Source: Alloascoidea hylecoeti (lineage: Eukaryota). Taken from it: a DNA stretch of 64,000 nt. Within the stretch, counting starts at the first letter, position 1. The number at the start of each line of letters is the position of its first letter. The notes beneath the pieces were generated by a model. That model had not been told where the DNA came from. It saw only the letters and a list, made by a program, of their open reading frames with translations, and did no database searches. A program made the translations under genes and the position numbers. This document shows, one piece after another, positions 58,816 to 64,000 of this stretch. Location: assembly GCA_001600815.1 (NCBI GenBank), contig BCKZ01000002.1, positions 1 to 64,000 of the forward strand, read 5' to 3'.

Positions 58816-59617
58816 TATACTAAGTTGTATCATAGCGATTTTCGTATGCATATATGCATGACATTCTCGTGACTTCACACTGTGCTCTTGCCTATAGTTT
58901 CAGTAATATGTTCCGGGAAAGAAGCGTATCATAGAGCCGAAGAAACATCGGTGCACAAATCTAAAGAAGTCAGGCCAATGGTATAATAGTAATTAGTTCC
59001 TATTTTTTATGTATATGTGTCAATATATTCATATGAAGTTGACGTATGTTCAAGCCAAGCTATTTGTTGATAATTATTACTATTGTGTAATTTGTTTTTA
59101 AAATAACTGAATGGGGACAATTTATTACAATTTGTTGATCGAACACTTGAATTGTATCAGCATTTTTTACTTAGTATCCAATTGCGCCATTACTTTTTGA
59201 AATGGCACTTGCAATTTTATATGATTGATGTTGTCATTGACGTTAAAAGTTGATACATCTTGTTCTGCATTAATACATGGCGTTATTTTCACTCGAGGAT
59301 ACTATTTCCTTTTTGGGACAAATGTAGAAACAATTGTCGTTAACGAGTTATGATTAAGTAATAATTGTAGCAATATAGAAATACAGATACAACATTAACA
59401 CAACAAATGCTTTATTATCTTGAATAAGCTATATCTACCACGGTATAAACTTCTTGATAGCCGATACTTATAATTGAAAATGGGAAATAAATTAGTATTT
59501 AAAGAAGTACAATTCTCTATTTTAATATATCATCAATAAAATAAAAAACTACTTGTTTTAACAATTTTATTACTTCAATTAACAAATAAATTTAGACGAT
59601 TTATCAATTATCAAAAA

Positions 59618-60349
59618 ATGGCTGGAAAATTCATTGATGAAGGAGACTCAGTTGCTGGTCCATTAGAAGCACCATACAGAAAATTATATGCTTTCGATTC
59701 ACCAAATGGTAAAAAGGCATCAATTGCTTTGGAATTATTAGGAGTTCCATACCATGTTCGTAGAATTGATTCTTCAATTGGTGAAAATAAGGAACCATGG
59801 TATTTAAAATTGAATTCAACTGGTCAAATTCCTGTTTTATCAGATGTTGATAAGAATGGTGATTCAATTACTTTAAGTGAAAGTGGTGCAATTTTGTTTT
59901 ATTTGGCAGACAAATATGACACTGAATACAAAATCAGTTACAAGCCAGGTACAAAAGAATTTTATCAACAATTGCAATGGTTTTTCTTTTCACAAACCGG
60001 AACAAATGCAGCATTAACTGAAGTTTTTGTACAAAAATTTAAGAATCCTCAAGGACAAAGTGAAGAAACATTCAAAAGATTTGTTACTGCTAGTCAGAAT
60101 ACTCTAAAGATCTTAAATCAACAATTAATTGAAAATGGTACTGGATTTATTGTTGGTGATCATATTTCAATTGCTGATATTGATGCTTATGCTTGGATTG
60201 CAATTGCTGAAGTTTTAGACGTTGACATCAGTGGAACAGGCTTAGAAGCTGTTGTTGAATGGAGAAAGAAATTATCCGCCATTCCTGAGGTCGCCAAGGG
60301 TAGCGGTATCTTTGAAAGCAAGCAAAAGTTTACTCCAGCTAAATTCTAA
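59618..60349 (+). CDS. Glutathione S-transferase, Ure2p-like/Nu class, no prion domain
   Basis: SPNGKKASIALELLG, LNSTGQIPVL (cis-Pro), SESGAILFYLADKYD and GDHISIADI motifs. Confidence 0.9.
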   Translation: MAGKFIDEGDSVAGPLEAPYRKLYAFDSPNGKKASIALELLGVPYHVRRIDSSIGENKEPWYLKLNSTGQIPVLSDVDKNGDSITLSESGAILFYLADKYDTEYKISYKPGTKEFYQQLQWFFFSQTGTNAALTEVFVQKFKNPQGQSEETFKRFVTASQNTLKILNQQLIENGTGFIVGDHISIADIDAYAWIAIAEVLDVDISGTGLEAVVEWRKKLSAIPEVAKGSGIFESKQKFTPAKF

Positions 60350-61095
60350 GTTTGTATTTAATATAGTTATTAGATATATATAAAATATTAAGTATAGAAT
60401 AATAAATCGTTATTTTAGACCAAATAATTCCCGCACAGCTAAAAAATAATCCGCAGCGTAATTCACTATATAATAGTGGTTTGACAGTATTAAAACTTCT
60501 CGGGCTAATATTAATCAAAAAAGAGCGAAATCTAAAATGACTATTTTTGCAATGCAATGCAATGGTCTGTAATTAAAAAAATTGAAACTATCGACTAACT
60601 ATTATATGAGAATTCTGTGCATGGATATATTAAATGGCATTGGCACATCTATAAAATTTTATATCATCGGTACCTGCGAGTTAAGAGTAATTAAACCTGA
60701 TCGATGATATTGAAATTTAAACTTCATGGTCTTTGTAGTTTATAAACTTGTTGTCCATTACACCTTCAGTAGCAGTTTTGCATTCTGGTTGGCTAGATAG
60801 CCATATACAATATATTACATGAATTATTATAGGGATAAATGTGGCATCTTCGAATTAGGGGGTGTTAGCTAGATATCAATTAATCAATTAATCAATCAAT
60901 TGTAGTGTTCATATAGCTAATCAGATGTAAATATTAATTATAATGTTATCTAGATTAATTATAGAGACATAATAAAGGAGAGAAGAAAGAAATATAAAAG
61001 GATTGAGAATTCCCCTGAAGTTTTGGTGATCGTATTGAATTTCTGTTCTTCTCAAATACAACTACAGATTACTACGATTAATAAAACAAATAAAG

Positions 61096-61614
61096 ATGAA
61101 GTTATTATTATCAATTGTGTTTGGGATCATCGCTACTCTAGCTGATGGCGAGGCTGATGCAAATATTAATATCGATATCGATGAAGCTGTCAAGGAACAG
61201 GTTGTGGAGAAAGTAGTGGAATCGATTGCAGGTGTGCCGGAGGCAACTGGTGGACTCCATCCATTGGTTATTGTATTATTGACATTCATTATAACAACAG
61301 TACTACTCGTCGGCGGAACGATTGGTGTTTTATATTTGTTTGGCACTTCAACCATCTTGCCATATATTCTTGAAAACTACGCAAAAGATTACTTGCTTGA
61401 ATATGGGAAAAATGCAGCTAAGGACGCAGCTAAGGACTTGGTTACAGATAATTTGAAGGATTTGGCAGGCAGTGAAACGGTTGAGAAGATCACACAGATC
61501 ACGCAGGTCACACAGGTTTCGGGAGACAAAAAGGAGATCGCTGAAGATTTAGCCAAAGCCACTGGAATCGACGTTGATGCGGGAGATTTGAAGAAATTGA
61601 AGAATATTTTTTAG
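61096..61614 (+). CDS. Small unknown protein with signal peptide and one transmembrane helix
   Basis: 172-aa ORF with a good ATG context, hydrophobic N-terminus, central hydrophobic stretch and charged repetitive tail. Confidence 0.7.
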   Translation: MKLLLSIVFGIIATLADGEADANINIDIDEAVKEQVVEKVVESIAGVPEATGGLHPLVIVLLTFIITTVLLVGGTIGVLYLFGTSTILPYILENYAKDYLLEYGKNAAKDAAKDLVTDNLKDLAGSETVEKITQITQVTQVSGDKKEIAEDLAKATGIDVDAGDLKKLKNIF

Positions 61615-61972
61615 TTGTGTAGTAAATATACTGCGTAACCGAATTGGGAAATGTGATGAGTACTTGTACTGCCCGCGTGCATGCATCTGAAACACGGTTG
61701 TGCCAAAATGTACGCGAAGAAGAAATTACGTGAGAAAACAGCCCCTTTCGGGTGGAATGTATTATTTAGTACTTTTCAAAAGTATATGGATGTTTCAGAC
61801 AAATTTTGGTATAAAATGGTAAGAATCCCTTCTCTTCTCCACTTCTTCTTCAGATCTTCTGTTCTGTCTTCCAGGTTATTACACTCCTTGTCTACTATTG
61901 TCATATACTACTGGTTAGTATTTCTCATCTCTCTTTCATTTCTTTAAATCAAAAATCAAAAAACAGAAAATC

Positions 61973-62872
61973 ATGCACTTCTCTCTACAACTTGGAATTG
62001 CCGTCCTATCTCTCATGTCAACTGCCGCTGCAGTCCCCATCAATGCCGAGCGTTTTCACAAGCATGCCTTCCATAAAAGAGACGTCGTTACTGAATGGGT
62101 TGAGGCGTCTGTCACCGTAACTCAAAATAGAGTGGTTTATGTGAATCAAGATGGTTCTCTTTTGTCTGTCATTACTAAATCTACAACTGCTGATTCCACC
62201 ACAGCCTCTTCAAGTGCTGCACCAATTGTCTCAACCGAATCTTCTAGTTCTACCTCTCAAGCTCAATTTACTTCCGTTTTGACAACTCTTGCAAAACAAC
62301 TAAAAGAATCTTCCGTCGAGCAAACTACTACTTCCTCAAGTTCTGTTGCCCCAACTACTACCGTTGAAAAAACTATAACCCCAACTTCCTCTTCTGCTAC
62401 AACTATTGAAGTAACCTCTTCTAGCTCTTCTAGCTCTTCTACATACGTTGAACCAACAACTACATCAGAAGCTGAATCAACTACAACTACAACTACATCA
62501 GAAGCTTCTACTGTGGTATCTTCCACTGCTGCTGCTGCATCATCATCTTCATCTTCATCAACCTTTTCCGGAGATGGTACATATTATTCCCCAGGTCTTG
62601 GTGCATGTGGTGACACAAACTCAGATAGCGATTATATTGTTGCAATCTCTGAAGATCTATTTGATACAGAAGCAACTGCAAACCCAAATAACAATCCATT
62701 CTGTGGTAGAAAAATTAAAGCTTCAAGAAATGGTGCATCAGTTGAAGTCACAGTAGTTGATAGATGTACTGGCTGTGCCTTACATGATTTAGATTTCTCA
62801 CCTTCTGCATTTGATAATTTGGGCGAAGAAGCAGAGGGAAGAATTACAATTGANTGGGAATGGATCTCATAA
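61973..62872 (+). CDS. Secreted expansin-like / RlpA double-psi beta-barrel protein (Asp f7-like)
   Basis: Signal peptide, KR site, Ser/Thr linker, then GDGTYYSPGLGACG, NPNNNPFCGRKI, VTVVDRCTGC and DLDFSPSAF. Confidence 0.93.
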   Translation: MHFSLQLGIAVLSLMSTAAAVPINAERFHKHAFHKRDVVTEWVEASVTVTQNRVVYVNQDGSLLSVITKSTTADSTTASSSAAPIVSTESSSSTSQAQFTSVLTTLAKQLKESSVEQTTTSSSSVAPTTTVEKTITPTSSSATTIEVTSSSSSSSSTYVEPTTTSEAESTTTTTTSEASTVVSSTAAAASSSSSSSTFSGDGTYYSPGLGACGDTNSDSDYIVAISEDLFDTEATANPNNNPFCGRKIKASRNGASVEVTVVDRCTGCALHDLDFSPSAFDNLGEEAEGRITIXWEWIS

Positions 62873-63289
62873 ATTCAATTGTAAACAATAAAAATTATAA
62901 GTATTTTTAGAATAATTATAAACTACATTTTTTGGCTTTACATTTTGCATATTATGACTTGAGCTGGGCTCTTATATATTATCATAGTAATATATGTTTA
63001 TATATATTTACATTATTGGAATAAAAAATGAAATGAAATTTTATAAAAGAATAGTATAGATCTATTCATGGTAGTGTTTATATAATTATAACTAGCTAGA
63101 AATTAAAAAATATTAATTATAGAATTTTATTTCTTTGCTCGATGACATGAATGAATCAGAATGATCTAGTAACCCTTCCTATAATTATAATATACATTCC
63201 AGCTATTTATTATAATACTCTATATCGGCTTCCGGAATAACGGTTTTCATCATGAATCATGATCATTAATTATGAAACTTTCAAATTTT

Positions 63290-63415
63290 CTTTCATGATC
63301 ACTCATACTACTCTTGGTTTTCTAATATCCTACGAGTTAACCTTAATGTAACCTGGCCTGGAATGATCTTGGCATTTGGATAGCCAGCCACTTCCTGCCA
63401 ACTTCCTCGTAAAGA
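63290..63415 (+). mobile_element. Possible Ty3/gypsy integrase zinc-binding relic
   Basis: FHDHS....NILRVNLNVTWPGMI.....TSCQL resembles HD...H...WPGM...C..CQ; degenerate. Confidence 0.35.
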
Positions 63416-63802
63416 GGGAATGTCATTTAGACAACTCAGGGATTGATACATGCTTTATTAACTACAATAGGCAGTAAATACTAAATATGTCGTATTATAG
63501 ATTTAATTTTGAGTTGTATTCAGATATTTACCTTATCCATGTTTTGGACTGTTTTGATACCAAAACATATTTTCATCGGTGCAGGATAAACTGTCCTAGA
63601 TTTCTGGTTAAGAATGTTTTTGAAAGGAGAGGGGAGATTGTGTACAATGTGTAATGAGGGAATGGATTCTAATTCATCCTTCCTCTTCGGATTCCTCTGA
63701 AAATTTCAATATTGCATATGGATATGGAATAAAATCATCTATCTCTTTTTCCTCTTTGAACGATGTATATGGTAATTCTGATTCATCATAATAGAATCAA
63801 GC

Positions 63803-64000
63803 TTATAATACGGTTGCCACCCTTCGAAAAATGGAGTCAACCAGGTTATCAATGACACCCTGATCTGCCAGGTCCCAGTATTTTGAAAGAGACAGAAGCA
63901 TTAGTTATTTATTCACCTTTTAACTACTGCATATGGAAGGCTCATGCTACTGCCATGAGATAAACTTTTATGAAGAGATTCCCGATGCGTTCAATAGGGT
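63803..64000 (-). mobile_element. Tc1-family transposase C-terminal relic running off the window
   Basis: PIERIGNLFIKVY at the window edge (NPIE.lW-like) and YWDLADQGVIDNLVDSIFRRVATVL* (63880-63803), matching W...I..LV.SM.RR..AVI. Confidence 0.75.

Noticed and set aside
2001..62872. Several cell-wall genes (SUN, GAS5, CHS3, expansin-like) as a functional cluster
   Set aside because: They are spread over 60 kb among unrelated housekeeping genes, with no evidence of clustering.

Overview
AT-rich, intron-containing budding-yeast (Saccharomycotina-like) nuclear DNA. CTG reads as Leu at conserved positions, so this is not a CUG-reassigned clade; the species cannot be fixed from sequence alone. 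There are about 23 protein-coding genes, mostly housekeeping: a SUN-domain protein, SCS7, CNA1, PRE10, a long coiled-coil protein, GAS5, AIM21, SEC65, ZDS1, IPI1, RQC1, ARP3, VMA10, CHS3, an OSCA/TMEM63 channel, PPA2, BRL1/BRR6, BCD1, ADY2/ATO, a GST, an unknown small protein and an expansin-like protein. Seven of them need intron-aware models that the ORF track misses. The gene-poor intervals (about 3.1-8.4, 31-33.5, 49.1-59.5 and 63-64 kb) hold decayed transposons: pogo/Fot1 and Tc1 transposase relics, hAT-like and Tc1/mariner-like MITEs, and a rearranged Ty3/gypsy element with its LTR. The most striking structure is a 2.9-kb segment (53102-56002) bounded by a perfect 48-bp inverted repeat with no target-site duplication. 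It encloses an intron-containing, disabled F-box/YccV-domain (Mfb1/FBXO21-like) gene and no transposase. All family assignments were made by eye from motifs, without database searches.
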